63,565 bases of DNA, filler included, from Octopus bimaculoides (GCF_001194135.2; 5 parts of 4 records of this genome joined end to end with filler, not necessarily neighbours in it); one strand, 5' to 3'; positions 50,301 to 63,565 are shown, counted from the whole stretch's first letter. Numbers and translations are program-made. The notes: generated by a model from the letters alone, not told the origin.

Positions 50301-51354
50301 GTCGATAATTTTAAAATATATTAAACTCTAGAAGTTCAGAAAAAAACTCGTCGCCTCGAATCAATGTTAACCACTAGAGTACTCGTAACTCACAAGATAT
50401 GTTTCGAAGAGCGAAAGGATAAAATACATTTATGAAAACTATTTTTTCTCAAGATCTTAAATCATTTTTATCTATGGTCTAAAATAAAAAGAACTGCAAC
50501 CATAATGTATTATGCTTGGGAATACAATCATAGAAGAATACTAAAACAAATGCTAACAGCAAAATACCCATCATTAACTCCGATACCCCCATTAGAACTG
50601 TAGGAATGCTACACAATATGGAATGCACCATGATGAAACTTAGTCGAATACTGGATCAAGATTTTGACGTTCTGCAGAAAACCACAGAGATATATACTTA
50701 AAAGAAATAATGGAAAGCGAAATTTACAAACTAAATTGGCTTGTAGCTTAAAACATCCTTTTCGCAAAAACCTATAGATCTATCTCTTGTCTAAATATTA
50801 TAATCAATCTTTACATATACTGTCTCTAATTTTAGCAAGTTAGTCACGAACGAACAGGCAGAGGTAAATAAAGCAACAACTTTTAACTTGATAAATTGAT
50901 AAAGTTGCGGTGTCTGAATTAAAAAAATATCTTTCATTACAAAAGACTTTTGACTTTATTCCCCAACTGTGTCTTCTGGAATCACAGTATTTTCCCTGCT
51001 TCCCTAATTGATTCTATCAGAAAACTTACAAAGCTCTAGTCAGTCATTATCTCCTTTTGAATTAACGATTATTTTAGTTTTAAATCTTTCCAAAAGGACA
51101 TCTTAAGGAGACAGTCTACATTGTGATGATGGATCAGGCATAGCTCCCGGCTGTGATTAATACATACTTGGTATATTTAGGAAAAATTTCATATCTCCCT
51201 TTAGCCAATTAGGCCTCAAAATCACAGTAACCACTAACTAGCCTTTTTAAAGTCGATTCCTTCGACGCTTCTCCAGCCCAAAACTTGTGTTCTAACAAGC
51301 CCTACCATAATATTATAAATTTTTAAGTGGCACATAGGCACTGATCTCGTATAG

Positions 51355-51837
51355 AGAAAAACAAATTGTTTTAAATCTCTGAGCGAGAGTACCGGATAGT
51401 AATGTTTATATCCCAACAGAATGTGGCTGTCCTATAAATGACGATGTTACTGTTGTTTTAGCCCCAGGAAAACATCATTTCCAGCTGGCTATCGACACAA
51501 AAATTTTTTCTATACGAAATCAGCGACTGTGTGTCGCTTAAAAAATACATAGTATTTGCGAGTGGCGAAAACTTACGTGACTAGCTTTTGGTTGTTTCAC
51601 ACTGAGGACTGATAACATCCAGAAACCGAGATCTGTGAGTATTATGTCTTTACATGATACTTTGCAAATGCTATACGGACACAAACTGTGTGTCGATAGC
51701 AAGCAGGAAAAGATGTTTTCCTGGGGCTAAAACAATAGTAACATCGTCCTTTATAGGACTGCAACATTCTGTTGGCGTATAGACATTACTATCCAGTAGA
51801 GTTACTGTTTATCTCTCGCTCAGAGATTTAAAACATG

Positions 51838-51848
<11 letters not shown>
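51355..51848. mobile_element. Foldback/MITE with long (about 130-150 bp) TIRs
   Basis: 51413-51499 versus the rc of about 51689-51775 has 8 mismatches in 87 nt. The match extends outward to TGTTTTAAATCTCTGAGCGAGAG, with an indel of about 17 bp. Confidence 0.85.
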
Positions 51849-51891
<43 letters not shown>

Positions 51892-52131
51892 NNNNNNNNN
51901 NNNNNNNNNNNNNNNNNNNNNNNNNNNNNNNNNNNNNNNNNNNNNNNNNNNNNNNNNNNNNNNNNNNNNNNNNNNNNNNNNNNNNNNNNNNNNNNNNNNN
52001 NNNNNNNNNNNNNNNNNNNNNNNNNNNNNNNNNNNNNNNNNNNNNNNNNNNNNNNNNNNNNNNNNNNNNNNNNNNNNNNNNNNNNNNNNNNNNNNNNNNN
52101 NNNNNNNNNNTATATATATATATATATATAT

Positions 52132-52173
<42 letters not shown>

Positions 52174-53059
52174 GCATATATAAATATATGTACACACATG
52201 CACACACAATATATACATACACACACACATGCATACACACACATACACACACATACACACACACGCATACACATACACATGAGCACGCACACGCACGCGC
52301 ACACATGTTCCTCCACACACAACTCCTCGTTCACACACACACACACATGCACACATACATACGCACACACAACATACACACGCACACACATACACACACA
52401 CATACATACATACATACATACATATATACATGCATACATTTTAAGTTCTATTTTATGATATAACGTGTTTATCATTATAGTTAATATTACGTCAGTTTCT
52501 ATATTGAGTCGAGGAACAACAACGCAATGTCTACGTATAATGAAACAGCAATATAGCAAAATATGCATTGAATATCAATGTTTTGGTTTGTTACCCAAAA
52601 TAAAGTATGAATCAACTGAAAGTGAAGAGTTATATTGACATGTATTTTTAAATAGATTTTTCGACCCCAACCCTCCCAGCCCATTGGATAGCAAATAGCA
52701 AATAATTATTTCTGGCAATATTTAAAGCTAATACGAAGGAAAAACAAGCTGGTTTTCTCTTAAGACATCTCCTCAAGTGACGAAAGTAATAGTGTTGCAG
52801 AGTTTCATTTTTGAATATTTCAAAGTTATTTGGCAAATCGTTGCCACCGGAAGTTGCTTTCTAGTTAGCAATAAAATCTTGAATATACGTGTGGAAATGT
52901 GTGTGCATGTGTAGACATGTGTGTGTATATAAATGTATGTATATGTACAAAATTATACCCATGCACGAACGTATGTATATATGTATATGTACGGAAATAG
53001 GTATGAATATTATGTATAATATATGTGTGTGTGTGTGTGCGTGCGTGCGTGTGTGTATG

Positions 53060-53092
<33 letters not shown>

Positions 53093-53651
53093 AAATATGT
53101 TTGTATGTAAGTGTGTGTTTATGTATGTATGTACGTGTGTGTGTGTATAAATATATATGTATGTATGTTTGTGTGTATAAACATGCATGCATGTACCTAT
53201 GTGTGTATGTATGTATGTATGTATGTAACGTCTCCAGTCACTGTCACGAGCTTTTCACATTCCTACACGTCTTTACAGTGTAAACAATGTTAACATTAGC
53301 TGTAATGTTGAATTAGATACGGTAGAATTGATGCAAAGAAAAATGTCGGGTGTGCCGCGTGGTTCTAGGTTGAGAGGTTATACAGTAAGCTAGTTCAGAG
53401 CAGAGGAGAATGTTGCACCAGCAGTGGGTAAACCGCTTTGTGTACTAAGAATTGTTGTGTCTTGGTAAGTAATTCTTTGTCAACCAATTGAAAGGTCTTC
53501 TCTTCGTTGTGGACTAGGATGTCCAAGATATGTGAATACTGATCGGGATTGAAACTATTTTCGACTCTAAAGCCCTTGTGTGCTAAACTTTGCCTTTCGT
53601 CCTTTCGGAGTCGATAAAATAAATACCAGTTAATCAACGTTTTCACTGCTA

Positions 53652-54104
53652 TATTTCTTGTTGATACAATGCTATTTCTTGTTGGTACAATGCTATTTCT
53701 TGTTGGTACAATGCTATTTCTTGTTGGTACAATGCTATTTCTTCTTGATACAATGCTATTTCTTGTTGGTACAATGCTATTTCTAGTTGGTACAATGCTA
53801 TTTCTTGTTGGTACAATGCTATTTCTTGTTGCTACAATGCTATTTCTTGTTGGTACAATGCTATTTCTTGTTGGTACAATGCTATTTCTTGTTGGTACAA
53901 TGCTATTTCTTGTTGGTACAATGCTATTTCTTGTTGGTACGATGCTATTTCTTGTTGATACAATGCTATTTCTTGTTGGTACAATGCTATTTCTTGTTGG
54001 TACAATGCTATTTCTTGTTGATACAATGCTATTTCTTGTTGGTACAATGCTATTTCTTGTTGGTACAATGCTATTTCTTGTTGGTACAATGCTATTTCTT
54101 GTTG
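53652..54104. repeat. 21-bp minisatellite, about 21 near-identical copies
   Basis: Unit GTTGGTACAATGCTATTTCTT; it runs into the scaffold end. Confidence 0.95.
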
Positions 54105-54204
54105 NNNNNNNNNNNNNNNNNNNNNNNNNNNNNNNNNNNNNNNNNNNNTTAATTAATTAANNNNNNNNNNNNNNNNNNNNNNNNNNNNNNNNNNNNNNNN
54201 NNNN
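54105..54204. other. Artificial scaffold join
   Basis: 44 N + TTAATTAATTAA + 44 N. Confidence 0.9.
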
Positions 54205-54900
54205 GACCCCCTCCCCTACCCAAACTTTCTTTAAAAAGAAAAAAAAAGTAACAGTAATTTGCGGCGAGTTCGGAAGTTAGAAACATTGAATGCACTCAAA
54301 AAAAATCTGTTGAAATCAATTATTTCACACCGAGGTACGAACGGGTCCTTTACGAAATATTTACCCATGGTTATTAACTGATACACAAATACACCGGTAC
54401 ACAAGATTGTAAACAATGAAAGTAGCTGTAATATATTTTTTTCTTTTGGTACAAGGCGTCGTTACAAAGAAAAACGCTAGACAGAATGGTTGACAGAATG
54501 ATAAAGATGTGCCGTCGTCGTCATGATATAAAATGTCCTTTACTATCTCGTACGTAGCGAGCACACGCAATCTCACAGACATATACACACTCATATACAA
54601 AATGTGACGTCGTCGTGGTATAAAATGTCCGTTACTATAGTTGATTATAGAAAGATTATTTTCGAGAAAATGTTATATTGTTTCAATCCAACCGAGGATA
54701 AAGATTACATGTTGACACTCGCAGGGTGTAATACAATTACCTTTGATTTGGTGGAGCCGTTTCAGAATGCATATGGCACAGACAGACACACAAAGAATTT
54801 TATATAGAGAGAAATAGAGAGATGTGTGTGTGTGCATATATATGTGTGTGTGTGTGTATACATATATGTGTATGTATACATGTACACGTGTATATATACA

Positions 54901-54946
<46 letters not shown>

Positions 54947-55069
54947 TACAGAGATAGATAGATAGATAGATAAAGATATTGAAGAGAGGCAAGCAGCAAG
55001 AGCAAGCGTACACGAGAGCCAAAGTACTAATAGATTTTTTTTCAAGATATATGAAAATTTAGAGCAGTG

Positions 55070-55100
<31 letters not shown>

Positions 55101-55297
55101 TCAGACAGAGAACTGTGTCATTGTGTATATGTTACTTGCTGCAGTGAATATATGTTAGTAACGAATCGGAAGAGTCAGTGACAATATCCAGAAGTGTTAT
55201 AACAAGTTAGGGTTACTCAGCTTACAAGTGAAGAGTTCACATCCTGCTGCTGGTACTGAGTTACTCGAGTACCAACACTGCACTTCCTTTACCTCTT

Positions 55298-55349
<52 letters not shown>

Positions 55350-55633
55350 NNNNNNNNNNNNNNNNNNNNNNNNNNNNNNNNNNNNNNNNNNNNNNNNNNN
55401 NNNNNNNNNNNNNNNNNNNNNNNNNNNNNNNNNNNNNNNNNNNNNNNNNNNNNNNNNNNNNNNNNNNNNNNNNNNNNNNNNNNNNNNNNNNNNNNNNNNN
55501 NNNNNNNNNNNNNNNNNNNNNNNNNNNNNNNNNNNNNNNNNNNNNNNNNNNNNNNNNNNNNNNNNNNNNNNNNNNNNNNNNNNNNNNNNNNNNNNNNNNN
55601 NNNNNNNNNNNNNNNNNNNNNNNNNNNNNNNNN

Positions 55634-55675
<42 letters not shown>

Positions 55676-55721
55676 TTGGTCAGAATGTTGTATTAACAAT
55701 GATATTCCATAGAAAATTAAG

Positions 55722-56150
55722 ACGGCGAGCTGGCAGAATCGTTAGCACGCCGGGCGAAAAGCTTAGCAGTATTTCGTTTGCCGTTACGTTCTGAGTTCAA
55801 ATTCCACCGAGTCGACTTTGCCTTTCATCCTTTCGGGGTCGATAAATTAAGTACCAGTTACGCACTGGGATCGATGTAATCGACTTAATCCCTTTGTCTG
55901 CCCTTGTCTGTCCCCTCTATGTTTAACCCCTTGTGGGCAATAAAGAAATAAGAATCGTTAGCACGCCCAGCAAAACGCATAGCAGTATTTCGTCCGCTGT
56001 TACGTTCTGAGTTCAAATGCCGCCGAGGTCGACTTTGCTTTTCATCCTTTCGCGGGATCGATAAATTAAGTACCAGTGAAACACTGGGATCGATGTAATC
56101 AGACAGACCCCCTCCTCCAAAATCTCAGGTCCACTGGTAGAAAAGATATT
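55722..56150 (+). mobile_element. Two tandem SINE family C copies
   Basis: GAATCGTTAGCACGCC...TTACGTTCTGAGTTCAAAT...GTCGACTTTGC at about 55736 and 55953. Confidence 0.8.
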
Positions 56151-56239
56151 ACATAGGAAATTAAGGCGGTGAGCGGACAGAATCGTTACACAGTGACTCA
56201 AGTGCCGAAAGTTTGATAAGTGCCAGCGTATGAAACTCA

Positions 56240-56691
56240 CGACCCTGTTGGCTGTGTGGCAAGAAGCTTGCTTCCTAACCGCATGATTTTGGGTTCAGTC
56301 CCACAGCGTGGCACCTTGGGCAAGTGTCTTCTACTGTAGCCTTGGGCCAACAACCAAAGCCTTGTGAATGGATTNNNNNNNNNNTAGCCTTGGGCCAACA
56401 ACCAAAGCCTTGTGAATGGATTTCGCAAACGAAACTGTCGTGTATGTATATATATATATATATATATATGTGTATATATATATCATGTGTGTATGCACGT
56501 GCGCGTATATTTGACCCCACCCCTTACCGCTTGACAACCAGTGTTGGTGCGTTTACGTCCCTGTAATTTAGTGGTTCAGCAAAAAAGATCGATAGAAAAA
56601 TACTGGGCTTAAGAAAAAGTACTAGGATCGATTCATTCAACTTATAATTCTTCAAGGTGATGCCCTAGCATGGCCACAGTCTAATGACTGA

Positions 56692-56692
<1 letters not shown>
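56240..56692 (+). mobile_element. SINE family B
   Basis: Head, CACCTTGGGCAAGTGTCTTCTAC block and 3' body. A 38-bp segment is duplicated across a 10-N gap (probable assembly overlap). Confidence 0.8.
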
Positions 56693-56722
<30 letters not shown>

Positions 56723-56840
56723 TACACGTATGCGCGTGTGTGTGTGTCCTATATACCTTACTCAGCGTGGATATACAATAGAACGCCACAAAACTACAGT
56801 ATTTGTTCTGAGAGAGCTTCTCGTGCAGCGTATCGTGCTA

Positions 56841-57003
56841 AAAAGTACAGAAGTACTAGCAAAAGTACAGAAGTACTAGCAAAAGTACAGAAGTACGAGC
56901 AAAAGTACAGAAGTACGAGCAAAAGTACAGAAGTACGAGCAAAAGTACAGAAGTACTAGCAAAAGTACAGAAGTACTAGCAAAAGTACAGAAGTACTAGC
57001 AAA
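56841..57003. repeat. 20-bp minisatellite, 8 copies
   Basis: AAAAGTACAGAAGTAC(T/G)AGC, with the variant order T,T,G,G,G,T,T,T. Confidence 0.95.
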
Positions 57004-57551
57004 CGAAAAGCGTCAGGCAATCGCGACAGAATTTCTAAATCAGGATTTCCGTGTCTCTGCGCAACATCAGTAGCAAACATTCACTATCAACCGCGTACTT
57101 AGACAGTTATAACCTCAACTGATATAGAAAAACAGTGATTTACTAATCACTGGTATTGAAAATAGCTGGTAGGCTGGGTAAAAATTCGTTGTTCGTGACA
57201 GAAGCAGTATTGTGGTTCAAAAGAGCATTCCGTATATCTTACATAACGTGGGTATACTATTAAAAGTCATATAACTGTAGTATTCGTCTTGCGAAAGCTT
57301 CTTATATAAACGTATGGTGCATCAGTAGCGGATGAAAAGTGTCCATCCTGGTGGCTCTGTAAAGGTCATGAGCAGCATTGCACTTTCTCCAAGCCCAGGA
57401 ATCAAAAACCAAGAGAGAGAGAAAAAGGACATCAGCGATGGTGATAGGTAGTATGTGAGGCAGATAGGTCGGTAGGCAGACAGTGTGAAGATAAGGTTAA
57501 TAGGTAAGTAGACAGACAGATAGACAAACAGAGAGAAGTAGGTAGTTATAT

Positions 57552-57919
57552 TTTGGCACTCTGTCGCTTACGACATCGAGGGTTCCACTTGATCCGATCA
57601 ACGGAACAGCCTGCTCGTGAAATTAACGTGCAAGTGGCTGAGCACTCCACAGACACATGTACCCTTAACGTAGTTCTCGGGGATATTCAGCGTGACACAG
57701 TATTACAAGGCTGGCCCTTTGAATTACAGGCACAACAGAAACAGGAAGTAAGAGTGAGAGGAAGTTGTGGTGAAAGAGTACAGCAGGGTTCGCCACCATC
57801 CCCTGCCGGAGCCTCGTGGAGCTTTTAGGTGTTTTCGCTCAATAAACATTCACAACGCCCGGGCTGGGAATCGAAACCTCGAGTCCGCTGCCCTAACCAC
57901 TGGGCCATTGCGCCTCCAC
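57552..57919 (-). mobile_element. Near-complete SINE family A with 12-bp TSD
   Basis: Flanked by AGGTAGTTATAT at 57540-57551 and 57920-57931. The head has a short internal deletion. Confidence 0.9.
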
Positions 57920-59047
57920 AGGTAGTTATATAGATAGGTAGATAAGGTTTAGACATTTTTCACTTCTACTGTACTCAGCTTAAAACAAAAGATGTGCGAG
58001 TTAATCCAACAGACATAGTTGATGTCTGTTAATACTGCAGGAAGTTTCAGTAATTCTAGTTGGGCGAGTGAGCCAAATGTCTCTCCCCACATCATTACAT
58101 TTTCGCTCCTCCACCTCTCCCCGTTCCAGTAGCTTCATTGTTTTACTTTATTTTTTTATGTTTAGTTGTTGTTGTTGTTATGTCGGTCTTTGCTGTTCTT
58201 GTCTCCATTGTCCGTTTATTGTTTATTACAATACAACAATAACAGTTAAATGACTCGTTAACTGTCTTGTTGGACATGTTATTTACTACTTACACGCAGA
58301 TTTTTATCACTGTGGCTAGACAACTCTCCTCCCATCTTCCCTCTCACTCTGATATATATCATTTACTTACTTCAATCATTATTACACAGCGGCCATGCTG
58401 GGACACCGCCTTGAAGATTTTTTTGATGAACGAATCGACTCCAGTACTTATTATTTTCTGGTAAAGCCTGGTACTTATTCTATCGATAAATTTTGTCGAA
58501 CCGCTAATTTACGGGGAGGTAAACACACCCACAGCGGTTTTCAAGCGGTGGAGTGGGGGAGGGGGATACACCCAATGACACAAATGCACACGCACACATG
58601 TGTAGGTCTATTTGAGGCTGTATTTATATATAAACATGAATTAAAGGTAATGCTCCGTCATTATTATTATTATTATATATTTCGTTTTTGTATCTGGTGT
58701 GCAAGATTCTTTTCGCGAATTTGTGCGTTGAAACAAATTTCGTTGTGTCTGGGTAGAGTCATATTGCATTTATTATACTTAACACACTCAACGGTCACAT
58801 ATATATATATATATATGTACATTGTCGGCAGTATGTCTTTTACATTTATTACAAGCAAATGACAGTGTAGATGTGTATACACACATACACGTATATCATA
58901 TGTGTGCATATGCAACATTATAGACACATAGGAATGTATATGTGTGGTATGTGTACATGTCTATGCGTTTGGCATTCATTTACACACAAACTTGCACGTA
59001 TACACCTTATGTACAAGTTGTGTTACGTTTAAGCGTAATTAGTAGGA

Positions 59048-59089
<42 letters not shown>

Positions 59090-59465
59090 CTGGGCAAGTT
59101 TATCAATGTTTAAAGTTCGTCAACAAACCCACCCTGTACCTATACCCCTTGCTTTCTTCTTGCGATGATAGAGCAGGTCTTATCATAAGGAACTGGCGAC
59201 AGGCTTGCCATTAATTCCTAAGATCTTGTTTACTAAACTCACACATCAGAAAAATTGATGGTGCGACATTAATTGGGTGGAAAACAAAACAAATATAAAA
59301 AGATGTCAAAAATAAAACAAAATAAAAAAGCTTCAAAAAAAGATTTTTTGGTTTCATATGTTATATATGCACACACACACAGAAATCGGCATAACTACGG
59401 GGTTTTTCCTGTAGTTATGCCCAGAAATCTATACCTATAGAAATATATATGGGTATATACATACA

Positions 59466-59825
59466 TAGGCGCAGCTGTGTGGAAAGAAGTTAACATCCAA
59501 ACTACATAGTTCTTGGTTCAGTCCTGTGTGGCATCTTGGATATGCGTCTTCTACTATAGCCTTGGGCCGACCAAAGCCTTGTGAATGGAACTGGTAAACG
59601 GAAACCGAAATAAATCTATATATACGTACCTATGTGTATTTGTTTCCCATCACCGCTTGACAACCGGTGTTGGTGTGTCTACACCTCCGTAAAAAGAGAC
59701 CAATAGAATAAGTACCAAGCTTTAAAAAGAGAGTCTTGGGGTCAATTTGTTGGACTAAGAACCCTTCCAGGTGGTGCTCCAGCACGGTTGCAGTCAAATG
59801 ACTGAAACAATTAAAAGAATAAAGG
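59466..59825 (+). mobile_element. SINE family B, diverged
   Basis: Same head and body blocks as 5625. Confidence 0.75.
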
Positions 59826-59869
59826 AATGTACCTCACTGCGTTTCGGGTGCAGATATGGCTGTGAAGTT

Positions 59870-60054
59870 GGTACTACTAAAGCAGCACGGTCCCGAACGC
59901 GCAGTCATGCGTCTGTGCTAGCTAGTCGTGAGTGGTCGATCCTAACCCTAACCCTAAACACGTATTCATTTGCACACGCAGGTTAGGGTTAGGGTTAGGA
60001 TCGACCACTCACGACTCGCTAGCGCATTCGGGACCGTGCTGCTTTAGTAGTACC
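59870..60054. mobile_element. 185-bp MITE with 9-bp TSD and internal inverted telomeric repeats
   Basis: Perfect 28-bp TIR GGTACTACTAAAGCAGCACGGTCCCGAA; TSD TGTGAAGTT (59861-59869, 60055-60063). An inner inverted repeat ends in CCTAACCCTAACCCTAA / TTAGGGTTAGGGTTAGG. Confidence 0.9.
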
Positions 60055-60539
60055 TGTGAAGTTTGCTTCGCAACCACTATGGTTCAGTAAGTACCACGCT
60101 TGTGAGTGAATTTTGTTGACAGAAACTACATACTACCAATACTGCTTCACAACCGGTATTAGTTTGTTTATGTCCCTATAATTAATTCATCTATTGGACA
60201 AAGGATTATCCGACAGAATAAGTACTAGACTTAAGAAGAATGAGTTCAATTGATCGATTTATTCGACTAACCCTTTTAAGGCGGTGCCCCAGAAACAAGC
60301 AAAAACAGAGAAAACGTCGAGGGTAAATACGAGACAGTTATCGATGGAAAGCATTTGTATTATAGGCCTGTTCAGCCAGGAGAACATGGGAGTTGACCCG
60401 CAATTCCAAGGACCATTAAACTTTCCAAATTCCCCAACTAAATTCCTTGGGAACCGCAAAAATATAGTTAATTCCTCCTTGAAGAACACCAAGCTTCAGG
60501 TATATATAAGAAACTGGTTAAGGATGCGTGTATGTGTAT

Positions 60540-60575
<36 letters not shown>

Positions 60576-61944
60576 TGTATAAGTTGTGAGGCAGCTAAAA
60601 CAAAACTTGTTCCTCTCGTTATGCGTTTTTCATTTTATAAGCTAATTCATCACGTAAGTTGCAAAATTTAAACAGAAACGCAACAACGGTGAAGATGGAA
60701 AAATTCACACACGTGACAGATCATTCCTCGTCAGATATCGTCCAAAGGATCCTTACAATTTTACGCCTTTAACGATAATATTGTCACGTTTGGCGGTGTC
60801 AACAGCGGACAGCTGCTGGGAACTGAACGATCGTTGGGGGCAGTGACGAAAACAAACACGGCGCGCGCGCGTGTGTGTGTGTGTGTATGAGAGAGGGGGC
60901 GGAGATGACAATCCAAGAATAAAAGACACTTCGCAGTCTCCTTCCTGACAGGTAGATGTAATGCAGTGTCTGTGACTGAGAGAGGGAGAAATAAAAACAG
61001 TGAGAGAGGAGCGGTGACGAAGCCACCAGGAGTTGATAAGAAAATTTTTCATTAAACTTTCCTTTGTATTTAGTAGCTAAACCTTCCAGAAATCACTTTC
61101 AAATCACTGCTTAGCATCTTGGATAATCGAATGGTGCATAGGATGGTGTAGTCCGTGACATACTATTACTACAAAAATATAACTCTAGCTATATTTTTGT
61201 AGTCATACAGCTATCTTGACCGACCATATTCATTCATCATATATTGGTCTGCTTAATCACAAATGATCACAGTTAAAAGATAACAACAACGTTTACATTT
61301 TAATTTTAGTTGTGAGATGTGCTGCTGTTTTGTATTTAGTAAATGCATTGTTGAGTTGTTACTTTTATATTTTTTCCTGTCTATATTTCTGGACTTTGTG
61401 AGCAAGTGAGCATTGTTTTCTATTTAAATATTCAGAAGCGAAAGGATGCAGTTCAGTAAGTAAGATTAACCATTCAACCACAAGTAGTGGTTGAATACAT
61501 TCTTAAGTCCACCATTTCGTCAATCGCAGCAGCTTTCAAGCTTCACCACTAATTCAGTTCTCGACTAAATTGCAAACTGTTAACAGTTTTAAAGAGGACA
61601 CCTCCTCAGCTACACTTTGGCATAAATAGTTTGAGATTTGGTTCAGCAGAAAAAAATGTTACATCAAAATATCTGCGGCCTCAAGGGAGGAGGGGGCAGT
61701 AAGGCACCTGTTCACCTTCAATTAACAAACTTTTTTAGGTGGACATTGGAATTAGACACTGAGGGAAAATGGCTGTAACTTTTTTATTTTTTAATTTTGA
61801 CGATTTTCGTTTTCGATAATGTGTTCTATATGTCACGGTCATGCGATTCCCCCTAAAAAAAATGTTGGACCCCATCCCTCCCCCACACACGGGCGGGGGT
61901 GATTTTTAAAATCCAAATCTTGCATTGGTCCAGATGGACTATAT

Positions 61945-62044
61945 NNNNNNNNNNNNNNNNNNNNNNNNNNNNNNNNNNNNNNNNNNNNTTAATTAATTAA
62001 NNNNNNNNNNNNNNNNNNNNNNNNNNNNNNNNNNNNNNNNNNNN
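61945..62044. other. Artificial scaffold join
   Basis: 44 N + TTAATTAATTAA + 44 N. Confidence 0.9.
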
Positions 62045-62279
62045 TTACTTGTCTAAGGGTTGTACTGGATAAATTGCAAAAATAACTCTAACAGTTCAAA
62101 TACTAAGAAATAAGTATACTCAATTTCATTTTACCAAATAATTTAGGAAAATGAATGGGTTATTTCCTTTGGCTATATATAAGGATTCCTTCCAGGGGCG
62201 AATGAGTTAGTTCCCTTGGTTTTTAAAATAAAATATATTAAATATATATAAGGATCCCTTCCACAATTTTTTTTGAACA

Positions 62280-62422
62280 ACCTGAGTATGTCATGAGGTT
62301 TCCTGACACGAGTTCTACTCACATGTCAAGTTTCATCAAAACTGAAAAAAGCAATGTAGGAGGAGTTAGCTAACAACTCCACAAACACACCCACAAATAG
62401 AATTTCCCACATATGGAGTAGA
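62280..62422 (+). mobile_element. Possible Helitron-like 3' end
   Basis: CATGTCAAGTTTCATCAAA...AGGAGGAGTTAG...(CA)-rich tract...AGTAGAT; resemblance only. Confidence 0.3.
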
Positions 62423-63115
62423 TATTTATACATTTATGTGTGTTTGTGTCCCACTGCCATTGCTTGACAATCGATGTTGGTGTGTTTACGTCCTTGTAAC
62501 TTAGCAGTTCGGCAAAGGTGACCAATAGAATAAGTACTAGGCTTACAAAGAATAAGTCCTGGGGTCGATTTGTTTGACTAAAAGGCAGTGCTCCAGCATG
62601 GCCACAATCAAATGACTGAAATAATTAAAAGAATAACTATAACAAGAACCATATTTTTTTTTAAATGTGCAACAAAAACAAAAAAACTTTATAAGTAAAA
62701 GAAAGAAGTAGAAAAATAATGGTATTTAAGAGAACTACAAAAATCTCATCAATATAATGTATTATTTTATATTAACCTCGTCTATCTTGGAATCAAAGGT
62801 CACCTGGAGTATTGATGCATAATAAGTTGATGTATACTTCCATATACACATGTGTATTTGTACGCATGTTTATATCTCCAGTTTTAATTTAATAGAAACC
62901 AAATCAATATGAAATTAATTTGCATATGCATATAGTGTATAGATTGTAGGAAGTACTTAGCTTTGTGCTTCTTAATAACTAATTAATTAAAACTACTGAT
63001 TGCATTGCTTGTATGTGCTCAGATAGATAAGATGGATGAAATGTGCATTCAAGGCATTTGAATAAAGTATATATATATATATGTGTATATATGTATGTGT
63101 ATATATATGTATATT

Positions 63116-63465
63116 GTGGCACTCTGTCGGTTATGATGGTGAGGGTTTCAGTTGATCCAATCAATGGAACAGCCTCCTCATGAAATTAACGTGCAAGTGG
63201 CTGAGCACTCCACAGACGTGTGTACCCTTAACATAGTTCTCGGGGAGATTCAGCATGACACAGAGTGTGACAAGGCTGGCCCCTTTGAATTACAGGTACA
63301 AGAGAAACAGGAAGTAAGAGTGAGAGAAAGTTGTGGTGAAAGAGTAAAGCAGAGCTCTCCACCCCACTCCCCTGCCGGAGCCTCGTGGAGCTTTAGGTGT
63401 TTACGCTCAATAAACACTCACAATGCCCAGTCTGGGAATCGAAACCGCGAGTCTGCTGCCCTAAC
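63116..63465 (-). mobile_element. SINE family A
   Basis: Collinear with 57552-57900. Confidence 0.85.
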
Positions 63466-63565
63466 AGCAAAAGAGACCATTAAAGTTACCAGGCCTTCAA
63501 AAAATCAGTTGATTTGTTTGACTAGCCATCACTCCTATTAACACATCATCACAAATACCTCCACC

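Noticed and set aside
56336-56423. 38-bp direct repeat inside a SINE
   Set aside because: Identical copies flank a 10-N gap, which indicates a contig-overlap artefact.
59941-59999. Telomere fusion or chromosome-end signature
   Set aside because: There are only about three repeats per side, enclosed in a TIR/TSD-bounded transposon.
63152-63541. ORF MIQSMEQPPHEINVQVAEHST... (also 57553-57828)
   Set aside because: Antisense reading of SINE family A, repeated in several copies.

Overview
AT-rich, intron-rich animal genomic DNA packed with microsatellites and several recurring tRNA-headed SINE families. It is most consistent with an octopod cephalopod (inferred from the repeat landscape; no search was run). 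Four 44N-TTAATTAATTAA-44N linkers show that the window is five separately assembled pieces (1-21199, 21300-43075, 43176-54104, 54205-61944, 62045-63565). One gene is clear: six in-phase + strand exons (26555-39598) encoding the C-terminal region and ZU5 domain of a ZO-1/TJP1-type scaffold, with no terminal exon visible. A second, unidentified minus-strand gene is suggested by phase-compatible exons between 14271 and 5207 and a TATA/MEF2-CCAAT-E-box promoter near 18.6 kb. The rest is TE debris: a mariner relic, an RTE 3' end, piggyBac-like and 9-bp-TSD MITEs (one containing inverted telomeric repeats), foldbacks and satellites. The most interesting signal is a set of at least five sequence-unrelated, microsatellite-abutting mini-elements. 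Each folds by eye into a minimal type I hammerhead ribozyme with a palindromic or near-palindromic helix III, as in Penelope-like elements. One is a double-hammerhead foldback in a ZO-1 intron, and another carries a variant catalytic core. No rRNA, true tRNA or CRISPR array was seen. All folds and splice models were done by eye.
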